From positions 13,195,707 through 13,235,180 of the forward strand of contig NC_068996.1 in NCBI RefSeq assembly GCF_001194135.2: a stretch of DNA of 39,474 bases. Direction: 5' to 3'. Made by a program: the position numbers and the translations under genes. Of the stretch, positions 22,004 through 35,870 are shown piece after piece. The stretch's first letter is position 1, and each line of letters opens with the position of its first letter. Origin of the DNA: Octopus bimaculoides (taxonomy: Eukaryota). A model generated the notes under the pieces. That model had not been told where the DNA came from. It searched no databases and worked only from the letters and a program-made list of their open reading frames with translations.

Positions 22004-22307
22004 GGAGTAACGATTGTTTGCCAGCATAACATGGCAGTCCTGGTTTATGACTAATGCTGCTGTAATTTAGTCCCAGGAGACATCATCTCCAGCTGGCTAT
22101 ACGACACGATCTGTGTCCTTATATTTTCGAACAAGGGAATCTAGCACCCCAACTCAGCTCAAAACAAGATTTCCTTGTTCGAAAAAATATAAGGACACTG
22201 ATCGTGTCGTATAGCCTGCTGAAGACGATGTCTCCTGGGGCTAAATTACAACAACATTCGTCCTAAACCAGGACTGCCATGTTATATTGGCCAACAATCT
22301 TTACTCC
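22004..22307. repeat. Long palindrome (foldback): ~140-bp arms, 24-bp spacer
   Basis: 22004-22142 matches the reverse complement of 22167-22307 at roughly 88% by eye, e.g. ATAACATGGCAGTCCTGGTTTA and GGCTATACGACACGATC. Confidence 0.95.
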
Positions 22308-22756
22308 AAAATACTGTTGCTGAATATTTCTCGTTATGAGATTTAAAAATAGTAATTTTCTAAGTTACTTCGCTCGTATATGGCTTAAGACGATTAGAAT
22401 ATTACCAACACAAACAGGAATGAAATCAAAAACTATTAATGACTTATAGGGACACTGTATTTCGTTATGCAACCATCATATATTACAAAGTATATTAAGC
22501 GCTTTATAAGACACTTCTATGTTCTACTGTGTTAGCAATGCTATTAAATCAGTTGTTAGTTAAGGTTATCTCTACAAATTCTCTATAGAAATTATAGCCA
22601 ACACTGATTTGTTACAACGTTTCGTATCCGAGTACGTCTCATGCAAATAACGATGAGATCGAAGATGAAAGTTGGTAATGGGTGTATATGCCATACTTCA
22701 AGAGTTCATGCTCCTTCATCAGCAACCATCCAACCCATTAACCATCAACGAACGTA

Positions 22757-22803
22757 AATCCTGAAACTTCTGGCCTTGTGCCAAAATTCGAAGCCAATAT
22801 TAT
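22757..22803 (+). mobile_element. 3'-terminal stub of SINE family A
   Basis: CTGGCCTTGTGCCAAAATTCGAAGCCAATATTAT matches the 3' ends of the 8531 and 21332 copies. Confidence 0.55.
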
Positions 22804-23250
<447 letters not shown>

Positions 23251-23312
23251 CCTGAATGACCGCTAAATCCACAAGTTTTTAAAATTCTCTCTTTGTTTAT
23301 TTTCTCGTGTTC

Positions 23313-23348
23313 CTTTCTGTTGAAGAGCGTAGGCTCGAAACGTAAAAG
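23313..23348 (+). ncRNA. Minimal hammerhead-like motif in a pseudo-LTR-like stub (about 23250-23450)
   Basis: CTTT-CTGTTGA-A-GAGC(gtag)GCTC-GAA-ACGT-A-AAAG. Stem I is CTTT/AAAG, stem II is GAGC/GCTC, stem III is the palindrome ACGT, and the triplet is GUA. Core A6 is replaced by U. Confidence 0.55.
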
Positions 23349-24409
23349 ATTTTCTCACCTTCCCGAGCGTCAAACTATTACACCTGCTTGTTGTTTTTAC
23401 ACCTGTATTAGTCTTTTGTTTCTTTGTTTTTCTGTAAATTTCAACTATATATATATTTACATATACTATATATGTACATATACAGTAATATCTCACTTTA
23501 CGAGGACCTGCTTCACGAGACCCCGGCTTTACAAGTTTTATTTCATAAATGCTTCTATGTGTAACCGAGAAATTCATAGAGAGCGAAAAAAAGCTTTTAA
23601 GCAAACAACTCTAGACATCTAGAAATCCGTCTCCGAGTGCTTGTGAATCGGCGATCGCGTCTACAAGTTATGGTGTAGGCGAGTGTAGTGCGAGTGAAAG
23701 TGATTCAGAAACGATAATAATAATAATATTTTTTATTATAAATGATCCTGACATTCTTTTTACTTTACATAAAATATTCTTTATATTTTACTGTTGTTTA
23801 TTGTCATTTATGTACGAGAATTATAAATTCTATAGGCAAAACATTTCTCTTGGAGCGAATTACGATTTATTACATTGCTACTTTGGGAAATTATTGCTCT
23901 GTTTTACGCGTTTTCATTTTACGAGTGGTCTCCGGGAACAAATTAACTCGTATATCGATGCATTACTGTATACATATATACACATATAGCTATCTATCTA
24001 TACACACATACACAGACATGCACAGATAGCATATCTTGTGTGTATAGTTAAATGTTCTACTGTTGCCGTTTAGTTTAGAACTCCCCTTAGATTCTGATAG
24101 TCCAGTCTACTTCAAGTATCGTGGTTAAGCTACTACTATTCTTAATAGTATAACTGCTTATGATATACTGAGCAAATCTAAGAGAAATTAAGATAATCCC
24201 AAGTGTATATCATTTGTTTCCTTCGTACTTTTCACTATTTTAGTTATTTGCAATCTGTGCATAGGCTGTTCTAAGTGCAATTGGATGCGTAACTACAATG
24301 GATCACCAGGGGAATACTTTATTGCATTGCGTTACATAGATCAAAAGCCTTTAATTCATATTGAATAGTTCTCGGACACTTTATACTGTTTTCTCTCGCA
24401 TTTGCGTAA

Positions 24410-24494
24410 ATTTAGATGTATTTAATATTCATACGTATTTAATATTTAGATGTATTTAATATTTAGATGTGTTTCATATTTAGGTACATGTAAT
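24410..24494. repeat. 17-bp minisatellite x5 (ATTTAGATGTATTTAAT)
   Basis: Units start at 24410, 24427, 24444, 24461 and 24478. Confidence 0.85.
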
Positions 24495-25799
24495 ATATAC
24501 AATCCCATGAATCTATGTAACTAATAGTTTCGGAATCACTCAAAATTATTGAGACAACATTTGGTTCCACCATTGATATATCTGAAGAAGCAATTTGTTT
24601 AAGATGCAAAGGAAGTTGTACAATGAAATAAATCCTCTCTTTTTGTGCTGCCAGTACTCTGGGTATAAAGTTTAATTGTATTTCTTTTTTTGCATATTAA
24701 CCACCAAGCAAGGGAAGATTATATGTGAATAAACCCGAAGACTTTCATCCCGTTTGTTGTTAACCTCTTAGCTTAAATTCCGAATAGATGAGTACAGTTA
24801 GGTAATATGACTTTTCGCTGAAAATCAGAAGCTGTCGGCAAATGTTTACATTTGTATCTGATCTGACGTTTAAATAATATGCTCCTGATTTCCTTTTACT
24901 GCCACTTGGGCTTTAGAAGAAAAGTTACGAAATACGATAACAACCAGAATATTGTTGAAATGTGTATAACCAGTGCGTACCGTTGCTAAAGCTTCCCGGG
25001 CACATATAAAGACTGAAAAAGACTAAATGCTGAAAAAGTCAGACGTAACCTGCCACTAAATCCTCTTGCTCAACAAAAGCATTTTAATCTTAAAAATTAT
25101 AATGGGCCTTTATGCACTGATCGCTATAATGCTAATTTAAAATATTTATATTTAAATTAGCACTTTCTTAAAAGAACAACATATTTTTCTCAGTTTATAG
25201 CTACTGTATGAGAGCTGAACGGCTGTCGATGCATTAATAAAATCATCTCATCAGTTTTATTTATAATAAGGTAAGATTCGTCGTCAGTGAAATAGATAAT
25301 ATGTGCCGACAACAGTTAATGAATAGAAAGATTGTAGAACAGTTAGGCAAGTTCAGTTGTCACGGGAAGAGTTGTAAATAACGTTACGATCCTGAAATGG
25401 AAGAGAGTGAAATAAAGGTGTTCTGCGCTGTGGAGAAGAGAGAAAGTATAATAGTACAGCGTGGGAGAAATGAAGCGAAGTATGTGTGAAGAGTGTCTAA
25501 ATTGATGCACATTTGACTTAGATGGGTGTCTGAGAGATTTGGGGGTCAAGCGCGAACATGGTGATATGTAAATATGTGCAAATGTGTGATTTTATATCAG
25601 CTGCGAATAAATGTGAATAAAGCAAGGAAACTATGTTGTCAATTAGGATCGATGTTTGTTTTCTTTTAATGAACTTCGATAGAAATGCTTTCTACAAAGA
25701 TTTCAGGTGTAAGTGATATATTTAAATTATTCAAATTTTCAACATACAGCACTGGCGTGAACATGAAGTTTTGTGCATGCTTGCTTTTACTTCACCTGT

Positions 25800-25831
25800 C
25801 TATCTGTCTGTCTGTGTCTGTGTGTCCGTCC

Positions 25832-25871
<40 letters not shown>

Positions 25872-25878
25872 ATCTCTT

Positions 25879-25930
<52 letters not shown>

Positions 25931-26086
25931 CCTTTCTTCATTCCTCGCTTTCTTTCGCTCTTTCTTTCTATCAATATATATNNNNNNNNNNNNNNNNNNN
26001 NNNNNNNNNNNNNNNNNNNNNNNNNNNNNNNNNNNNNNNNNNNNNNNNNNNNNNNNNNNTATATATATATATATATATATATATAT
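25800..26086. repeat. (CTGT)n-(CT)n-(TA)n microsatellite complex with gap
   Basis: Direct reading. Confidence 0.9.
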
Positions 26087-26909
26087 TTAATAATAAACTT
26101 GGATCTGAAAGTTTTTGATGAAAATTTGAGATGGAAATAAAATATTTCAGGTTAGTCACAATCTTAAGGACAGTTTACAACAGAGATGTGAACGTGAAAC
26201 CTATGTGTGGTATTTCATTCACATGCTAATAATTTTACTTGTTTTTTTTAGTTCTTTTATTTAGCTCCCATATCAGACCTATGATCAAAGCCACTCCAAG
26301 CACGATCGTTCCATCTGTGTTTTTTAGACAGGTGCATTCAGGAATAAACTTAACTAATGTGTTAGTTTTTAAACAGTATGTTGTTGTGTGATGGAGATAT
26401 TTTTACTATTTCTAGCGTGTCGAGGACCACTTCGATCACCTGATTCGTCCATTTAGTCGTAGATCATTTCTGGCTAAGCGAGCATATGGTCACTATACTC
26501 CAACCGCGACCATCTCATTTACAAACAAACAATTCAACAAAACTACCTCTTCCAATATACACTTCCATTTATAAGGTGCGACTGAATTTTTGCTATAACT
26601 TCCGGAAGGTAAACTTTGTTGTTATTTGGATTGATTGTAGAAACGTTCTTTTAATACTCCGATCACCTTAGACCGATTAGGTTTACCCATAATCAAATCG
26701 GTCCCGCTATAACAGTCTTGAATAATTTTCAAAAACTGAACCCGAACTATATTATTCAATATTAATTACCATCTCTGAAGTCTGAGGGAGATAACTGCCC
26801 TTTCTGGCGGATCCCATGACCATATTGCCATGGCGGATCCCATGACAATAGCGGTAATTTCATCAGAAGTAGTAATTTTGTTTATATAATTGACGGCTGT
26901 AGAGGTGTA

Positions 26910-26912
26910 TGC

Positions 26913-26952
<40 letters not shown>

Positions 26953-27188
26953 ATGTATATGTATATATATGTATGTATGTGTGTATGTATATATATATAT
27001 ATATATATATATNNNNNNNNNNNNNNNNNNNNNNNNNNNNNNNNNNNNNNNNNNNNNNNNNNNNNNNNNNNNNNNNNNNNNNNNNNNNNNNNNNNNNNNN
27101 NNNNNNNNNNNNNNNNNNNNNNNNNNNNNNNNNNNNNNNNNNNNNNNNNNNNNNNNNNNNNNNNNNNNNNNNNNNNNNNNNNNNNNNN

Positions 27189-27264
<76 letters not shown>

Positions 27265-27310
27265 CATGTGTGTATGTATGTATGTATGTATGTATGTATG
27301 TGTGTGTGAT
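26910..27310. repeat. (TA)/(TG)/(TATG) microsatellite complex with gap
   Basis: Direct reading. Confidence 0.9.
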
Positions 27311-28199
27311 TGCGTGTATGTGTGTATTTGAATGTGTATGTAAGTCAATTTATAAATAGATGTACACAGATGTAGATGCTTTGAAAGAATCTCAATAACT
27401 CGGATGCTACATGGTAATAATATTGTGGTATTATTATGATTAAACCTACCTAGTTTTATTCATATACACCCAGTTTCATATATGAATTAATCCTATGGAG
27501 AAAATTCAGAAAATAAAATTTCATTAAAATATTTTACGAAGATATGTCGTAGGTTAGCTTTAGACGAGAATATTGAGATATATATGTACACCGCTGAATG
27601 TTGATTTTGAAATGATTCTTTCACGCTTATATTGAACAGTTCCTATAGAAACATTCTAACAACAGATATTAAATTTCTATAACACAGTATAAAAAGAGAA
27701 GCGAGATTTATCAGCCTGTGTAGCTGCGAAAGTGTTAAAGTGATATACGCCAATAGAAAGATATACGCAGGAAACTGGCAAACAGAATCCGAAATATGTT
27801 AAGAATAAAATATAAAATATCAAGATCTTCGGAGAGCTGAGAACGTGTTATTGACAAGGAAATATATTTAGTGAAATAAAAGAATTATAGATATGTTTTT
27901 GTAAATTTACAATCTTTATATGTTTGGCGAGAGTGCAATCATGCTGAATTCAAATTCAGAGGCGACAAATGATACGTATATAGAGTGTGCATACTGTATA
28001 GAAATCATGTATTGGAATTTATATATTTCTTTTCATTTATGTATATTATGAATGAAATAACTGCAAGAAATTTTAACGTAAAACGATATTAGACATTACA
28101 AGAACTAATTTGAAAAAGAACTAGAAACAGGCCCGCTGATTCTTGCTTGTAATGCTTGAATATACGTTGTATATACATATATGCATATACAAACAAATT

Positions 28200-28345
28200 T
28201 ATATATACACACACATATACATACATGCACACATACATGCACATACATACGTACGTACATGCCTGCATACATACATGCATGCATACATACATACATACAT
28301 ACATACATACATACATACATACATACACGCACATACATACGTACA
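28200..28345. repeat. (CATA)n microsatellite
   Basis: Direct reading. Confidence 0.9.
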
Positions 28346-30229
28346 TATTATTAAGCCTTCAAAAATATTGTGAGAAAGATATGTGAGTCCAATAGTATGT
28401 CATGGGACATTGTTCAAATATTATGAAAAAGATAAAAAAATATTTAATCTACCGTTTACATAAAAGCGTAAAGTAATTTGACTCTCTTCATGTTCAATCG
28501 TAAAATCAGTTAAAATATTATTACCAATGTTTCCTAATAAAAACTTGTGACGCCTTCTAACTTGAATTTGTGGCAGAAATACTCCTGATATCAGCGGTTT
28601 CTAATAGTTTTTTTCCGATGAACAATTTCATCTAATTAACAGTTTACTGTGACTTCTTTTAAACATATACCAGTAGGGTACTCGTACATCTCATATTTTC
28701 TTGAGGAAATATTCTACTTCTTCTTTTTTGGTTGATAAAATGAAGGTTACAAAAGGAAAGACATGAAAAATGCTAATATCTTTAGGCCATTACTCAGTCA
28801 GAGAAATAGAAAAGAATATAACATTTCGGATGACAAACCATCATCGGAATAAATGAAAAAAAAAAAAGTAAAAGAATAGAAAATGGAAGGGAAAAGAAAG
28901 AAAGTTTAGGGTCACTTTGAAAACAACAAAATTTAATAATTGCATACTACCTTTCTTAATTCGTAATTATTTAATTATAAATATCTGTAATTATTTCCAC
29001 GTTATATTAAAACTCCACGCCAAGCATTTTTCGCTATATTTTAACCCCTCGCCCCTACCATAATTATATAGAACGTTCGCCTATTCTGTAAATGCATCTG
29101 CTCACAAGACAACTAATCTATTTCTTCAGACTAAACACATATGCATTGTTTACAACCACTAATCTCTCTACCCCGATTTGTAAAAACGAAAAGTATGATC
29201 AATGCATTCATTTGCCAACAAGGGATCAACACATATATAGCGCCGCGCAGATACTTTAAAATATTTAATAAAAGAAGGTGAGTTTATCAATAGCCAAAAA
29301 AGAAAAAAAAGATAAAAAGAAAGAAAGAAAAAAGAAATCTTTAATGAATCATACAACTGATTCTGTCTTGAAGTGAATCTTTAACAACTTCGATGCGTCA
29401 CCAACATATAATATACACTCTATAAATTACAAGTTAACAAAGAGGAAAATCATATCTTTATTTTCTAATTTTTTTTTAGGTGGGGGTGGACGTAGGAGGG
29501 TGTGCAGTTAGCTTCCATATAGAAAACCCACTGAAACAATTAGCAGATGGTGTCGAACGATTTCGAGAATTATCAATATTACTCATCAATAACATCTAGA
29601 AAATTCTGTAGTGGCACCTGAAACGCAAGCATTGTTTTATTACAAATTTCTACCCAAGAGACCGATCGAACTAAGCTGCGAAACTGGGTTGCCATAGACT
29701 CTGCTATAAAATATTCAAATGTCCTCTGCCGGCAGCACATCGATATAAATACAAGTGGCCATTAGAACTTGTTACTGAACCAATTACTGTAATACGCTAA
29801 ATATATCGCAGAAAATTATCTGGATGGCCCTTAGCAAATTGGCAAGTGAGTCTTAGAGATATCACCGACGATGCCAAGCAAAAAGATAAAGGTCTGAGTT
29901 GTTATTGACTCTGAAAAGTTATAACTTAGAAAGAAAGTTCTACATTAGAATTGATTCTGCTTTTCTTTACAACAACAGATTCACTATCGATATAGTAGGT
30001 ACCAGTTGACAGGATTCAATTGCATATGTTATACTAAAGCCGAAAGGCAGACATTTAACGAAAAACTCTTAGAAATCGTTGACATTATACATTATGTATT
30101 CTGTATTCTCTTTCCTTTTCACTCGTGTTCTTCCGTTCACAAGGACCAAAATAAAAAAAAAATAAATAAATAAAAAATTAGATTCTGTGTATGTGCACGG
30201 GTGCATGTCGGCTCACGTGTGCCTGTGTA

Positions 30230-30391
30230 TGTGTATACATACATATTACATACACACACATATGTGTGTGTGTCTGAGTGTGTATGTATATGTGTATTCA
30301 TATACATATATATATGTATATATACATAAATATATAAATATATACATATATATGTATATACACACACACACACACACACAGACACACACAG

Positions 30392-30460
<69 letters not shown>

Positions 30461-30790
30461 CATATATGACTGATTTCTAGTTTTTGTTTACTATACATCA
30501 TAAAGCATGTAAACGTTTTCTCTCTGTGTCTGTCCTACACTCTCTCTCCCTTCCTCTCTCTTTCTTTCTCTCTCTCTCCCCCCTCTCTCTCTCTCTCTAA
30601 CTATCTATCTATTATACACACAGACACACAACGAAATTAGGATGGTAATCGTGTACAAGTAAGATGTAATAGGAAGTAAACAGACAATTTTCCTGATATA
30701 ACGACATTCTTTAGAACGAAGAAAATCGAAGAAAGATACTTCTACGTAATAACAGTGAAAGCAACAACAATGAGTGTGTGTGTGTATATA

Positions 30791-30857
<67 letters not shown>

Positions 30858-30867
30858 NNNNNNNNNN

Positions 30868-30933
<66 letters not shown>

Positions 30934-31582
30934 TAGATGTATATATATATACATGTACACACGCACACTCACACACGCACACACACACGCGCACACACGC
31001 ATATATATATATATATCTATATGCGCATATACACATTTATATTTATTACATGAAAAGAAAAGGGGGATAATTACAGAAATTGGTAGGCGATGCTGTACAA
31101 AGAAATTGATTCCAGGTTTAAAAAGGAATACGATTGTGTTTGCTGTCATGGTCTAAAATATAATGATAGAAGTAAAAGTCTGTGGGGGAAAAAAAAAAGA
31201 AAGTAGCCATTTTTTATTGCATGTGACTGGTTTTCATAGTCTACGTAATATAGTTTCTGGACATGTGTGAAATAATTCACATACTTTTATACACGCATAT
31301 ATTTCTACATAAATACTCTTATTCCACACACACATATGCATACATATGAAATATGCAATATATTCTATATGTGTGTATAAATATAAATAATAAATATATA
31401 TACACGCACATATATTTATGTATATACACACACAAACACACACACACACACACACATATATGTAGACCACTGAACGAATGGAAGTTCTACAGACTTTCTT
31501 TTGCAGTACATTGTTGTCATGTATTTAATGTATACCTACCTACAGGTATACCTATATGCATACATAAATATATGCATACACG

Positions 31583-31637
<55 letters not shown>

Positions 31638-31710
31638 TATATATATATATGTGTGTGTGTGTGTGTATGTATATACATATATACATACACATATATAATC
31701 ACATACATAC
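30230..31710. repeat. Cluster of (CA)/(TA)/(CT)/(TG) microsatellites
   Basis: Direct reading. Several tracts are separated by short unique spacers. Confidence 0.85.
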
Positions 31711-33166
31711 ATGTGTGTGTTTACAACACAAGTCAATGGTCATTCACAGAAATAAATGGCTGCTTATTTTAGCTTTCAATTGTGAATATTTTGATTACCG
31801 TATTCTTTAAAGAGAGTCTGCAGCTGATGTTTCAGTTGCGCAGGTGACCAGAACCTTATGATTACTAATGCCTATGCTACATCTATACTGTAATCTTATG
31901 GAGAATGTAATTCTGTAATTACATTCTTGATGAATATCACCGTAACAGAACACGCGTGTTAGATACCTATACACTGTAGCATAAACATCTGACATACGAA
32001 ATTAACTTTCTTTATGGCAGGAAAAGATACATGCACAATGGTGCTATATGATAGCAGTAGTGGTGCGCATTTCTCAGTATGACTATCTTCACCGTAAAGT
32101 TGAATGATCCAGTGGCAAAATGAATCATAGGACAACTGACACCACTTCCCAACTTCAAAATTCTGCGGGTAATTCTATCTGTCGGTAAATGCCTTAAACT
32201 TGATCGTTATAGTTTCTAGATTTTTGTGTTTCTGGAGCCACAAAAAGCAGGACAACTCAGATAGTCTACTCCTCAATATGGTTAAAGAGCCATATCTGTC
32301 TTTCTCCAAAACGGTTCTTTTAACAAGAACCAGGAGTACCATCGTTCTCAAAGTCTTCTTACAGCGAGGTTATTCATAATATTACCCTGTCTTCGTTCAA
32401 TATTACTTGATAGTCTTTAATCGGGCGCTGGTTTAGTCCTTTCGTGTGTATTCTGCTGTATTTGATAGTTTAATTACCAAAGACCAAACCATATAGGTTG
32501 CAAAAATGTCAAAAGCGACCTGTTGTGTATTTACTTTCGCAAATATACATAAGCACACACCTACACGCCTATGCACAAATATGTACGCACATACACTCAC
32601 ACGTATATAAACATACAAACCCGTAAACATATATACACATACGTGTATTCATATGCATACACATGTTTGCAGAATTCATCAACAAGCGAACCAATCCATC
32701 TTATTGTTGTCACAAAAAATAGATTTTGTTAATGTACTTCAATCAATCAACTGCTGATATTCCGGAAAGGCCTCCCTCGAGGTAGATGGCCATCAGAGTG
32801 TCTATAACCTCAGTTTGCGCACAGGGAGATTATTTCCTCCTTCGTGTACAATAACTTGCAATATTTGTACCGGAGGTCATGCTCGACACGCAAACTAATA
32901 AATAACATACTATCACACTGGTAATCTTGCCCTGTACAGCTACCGTCGCTGACACACCAAACCTTACTTCACACCATCACCATATTCACTTTACGGATTG
33001 GGTTGCATTGTTTTTAATTTCTCTTCACTCTGACTCTACAGCTGAAGATGACATCCTTCGCTTCCATGAATCTTTAAGTAATGTAGAACTGAATCAACTT
33101 CAATTGACTTCTTTGAGTAGTACTTCTTTTCATTTGTTGACTCTCTCATGCAAGCCTGCCCTCACA

Positions 33167-33252
33167 TGTATGTATGTATGTATGTATGTATGTATGTATG
33201 TGTGTATGTATGTATGTATGTATGTATGTATGTATGTATGTATGTATGTGTG

Positions 33253-33286
<34 letters not shown>

Positions 33287-33312
33287 TGTATGTATGCATG
33301 CATGTATGTATG
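33167..33312. repeat. (TATG)n microsatellite
   Basis: Direct reading. Confidence 0.95.
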
Positions 33313-33374
33313 TTGCCTCTAACGATCAGCTGAAAAATATTTAATATTTTAATAACATGGAGTAATATATTTCA

Positions 33375-33601
33375 TATTTCTTTACTGCCCACAAGCGGTT
33401 ACACACAGAGGGGACAAACAAGGACAGACAAACGGATTAAGTCGATTATATCGACCCCAGTACGTAACTGGTACTTATTTAATCGACTCCGAAAGGATGA
33501 AAGGCAAAGTCGACCTCGGCGGAATTCGAACTCAGAACGCAGCGGCAGACGAAATACCGCAAAGCATTTCGCCCACCGTGCCAGCTCACCGCCTTATTAC
33601 C
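33375..33601 (-). mobile_element. tRNA-derived SINE family A (alternative 3' tail) with 17-bp TSD
   Basis: Minus strand: GGCGGTGAGCTGGCAC...GAGTTCGAATTCCGCCGAGGTCGACTTTGCCTTTCATCC...AAGTACCAGTT...TTTGTCCCCTCTGTG...GGGCAGTAAAGAAAT. Flanks are TGGAGTAATATATTTCA (33358-33374) and TGGAGTAATACATTTCA (33602-33618). Confidence 0.9.
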
Positions 33602-35506
33602 TGGAGTAATACATTTCAGTTGATCCTTAACATGTTGCTTTGAAATTTTCCTGCCCCAAAATGAATATATATATTGCACGGAGAAAGTTCATAGCATGTA
33701 GACATTCAGATGGATGCTTATATGTCTAACTCACTAACATGCACCAGCGTCTGTCTCATCAGTGATCTCCTCGACTTGGGCACTATTTATCAACTCGTCT
33801 TACCACCTTTCGTTGCTTGTGTTTTGCTCAAGACCTGTCATAAATCATTGTTCCGAATTTGTCTCTTTAGATTATCAGCTCTCTGGAATCTCCTTCCTGC
33901 CCATCATTTTCTTATATTTGTTTACTGTAATAGTTTATATGAATATTAACGCCATAAAACTCTCAGGCATCAGAAGGCCTGCAAATGTCATAAGCACTGC
34001 TCCCTCCTCCAGACCTAGAAAGCAGCTGAGAAGATGGGAGTTTATGATTAATTGTTTTTCCCTATACAGTCACACACATGCCCACTCACAAACGCAGAAA
34101 CAAACCTTCAGCCACGAGTAGAAGAAAGGAAAAGGAGGGATTGGATTTGTAAATAGCTGTTTATCACTCAGGCATTCACACGTTCACGGGCTTGAAGTTA
34201 ACAGGGAAAAAGGGAGCAAAAAGAGAAACAGAAAAGAAAGACAATGATTAGAAGCTACTGAGGTGTATTAAAGCGGTGCCAAACCTCTTTCAGAAATTAC
34301 TGGTGTGTGGATAGGGGAAAGATAAAAAATAAGGCATTTTGATAAGTGGCAATCTATTCACTGAATAGTGGGTCGGAATATGAAGATTGGAGGAGATCGT
34401 GCTGATGTACACTGCTGCTCCAAAATCAAATATCTGAATATCAAAAATGAAGAAAAATGACAATACTTGGAGTTCACCACTTAAAATGAAATCTGAAGTT
34501 ACAGTTACAAGTGTTCACTTTTCGGTGCACTATAATTGGCGGATTGGTAGGGCATACAAAACTGGAATGTGTCGGCAATGTTATCAGGCGTTCGCATACG
34601 AGGAAGGGTGACAGTACTACGGAATGCACAAAACCTGAAAACCGCTAAACAGTCATTTAACTCGTTACAATATAATATAGAAATGTAATACAATGCAACA
34701 AAATATAATAGAAATATATTAATAAAGATCGAAGATAAAAAGTTCGTGCTACATAAGCCTGTAAAGCAAAAAGGAATAGTGAAGGTGAAAGGTTCAATGT
34801 AAAGCACAAATCATAATGTTAGAAATAATATCCCAATGACCAGTGATCAGAATACAAAAAATTAGCTACAGTTCAGAGACAAACGTCATATACAATAAAA
34901 ATACTAACCCAGACAGAGCATCAACATGTATTTAGGCACATATATGTTACAATATAAAACAGTATTAAGCCACATCAAATTGTCAACCACTCTGTCCCAT
35001 AAAAGGCATGCACACAAAAATATATTAAAAGCTTGGAAAACTAGAGAAATTTTGCAGTTTAACTAAGGCAACTGAGTAAAAGCGTCGAAGTCTCTGTCAA
35101 AAAATTCCTTTTTATAATAATACCCAAGAACACATATATACGTAATGTTAAGGAATATACAAAAATCTGACACCACTACGTAATATTCTTCTTTCTAGTA
35201 CCTCACTGAAATAATTTAAATAAAGCTAACTGTTATTCGCCTCTGGTCAGTCTTTTCTTTACTCCCGAAATTTTCTGCGTGTTGGACATAGTCTGCTTAA
35301 AGTCCACTGATGATTTATTAGGAAGAAGCCATCTTTAACAGTGATTCACTTAGTGAACCGGAGTACGTACCGTGTAGTCGTTAAGTTACTTAGTGACTAT
35401 ACAGGAAGAGCACTAGATGAAGATAATCTACAGAGAGCTCTAAGTACATCAGTAGCAATGGAACATCATTTTGCACACACAATTTCTAACACATACACAC
35501 GCGCGC

Positions 35507-35545
<39 letters not shown>

Positions 35546-35558
35546 TATAAGCATGCGC

Positions 35559-35603
<45 letters not shown>

Positions 35604-35754
35604 TGCATATATTTGTGTGCACTTATCTGGTTGAGTATTCCTCAGTTTCATATACTTTTCACGTAATTCTCAGGCAAATCAACCTGGTGCATATGTGTGG
35701 TAAGACAGCATATTTTGAACTACAGGTAGAATCAGTTCCACAGGCTTCTCCATA

Positions 35755-35870
35755 CTTTCCTTCTCACAAGTTATGGCTTGACGTTGCTACAAAAAAAATG
35801 ACACTCGTTCAAGATGCGACGCAGCGAGATCGAGCCAGGTCCTTGTGGCTGCAAAGCGAACAACTTAAGT
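35755..35870 (-). mobile_element. Degenerate SINE family B copy
   Basis: Minus strand: TTAAGTTGTTCGCTTTGCAGCCACAAGG...GGCTCGATCTCGCTGCGTCGCATCTTGAACGAGTGTC...AACTTGTGAG, collinear with the 39005 copy. Confidence 0.45.

Noticed and set aside
23254-23266. GAATGACCGCTAA identical to the third phased motif at 12760
   Set aside because: Isolated 13-mer in the opposite orientation relative to its nearby HHR-like motif; could be chance.
23470-23710. CpG-richer patch as a promoter
   Set aside because: No downstream gene identified, and composition alone is insufficient.
24570-24635. CTGAAGA-A-GCA...TGC-AAAG followed by AATAAA
   Set aside because: G12 is missing and stems I and III are not convincing.
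26805-26844. TGGCGGATCCCATGAC duplicated in tandem
   Set aside because: Simple local duplication.
27560-27960. Possible decayed GIY-YIG (CSC..VIYA..KIYAG; KYI**; LNSNSE)
   Set aside because: Motif spacing is inconsistent with the intact copy. It needs a profile search.
33660-34810. Candidate host exons or short ORFs
   Set aside because: No recognisable domain and no consistent splice-bounded frame. Small exons cannot be excluded without RNA-seq.
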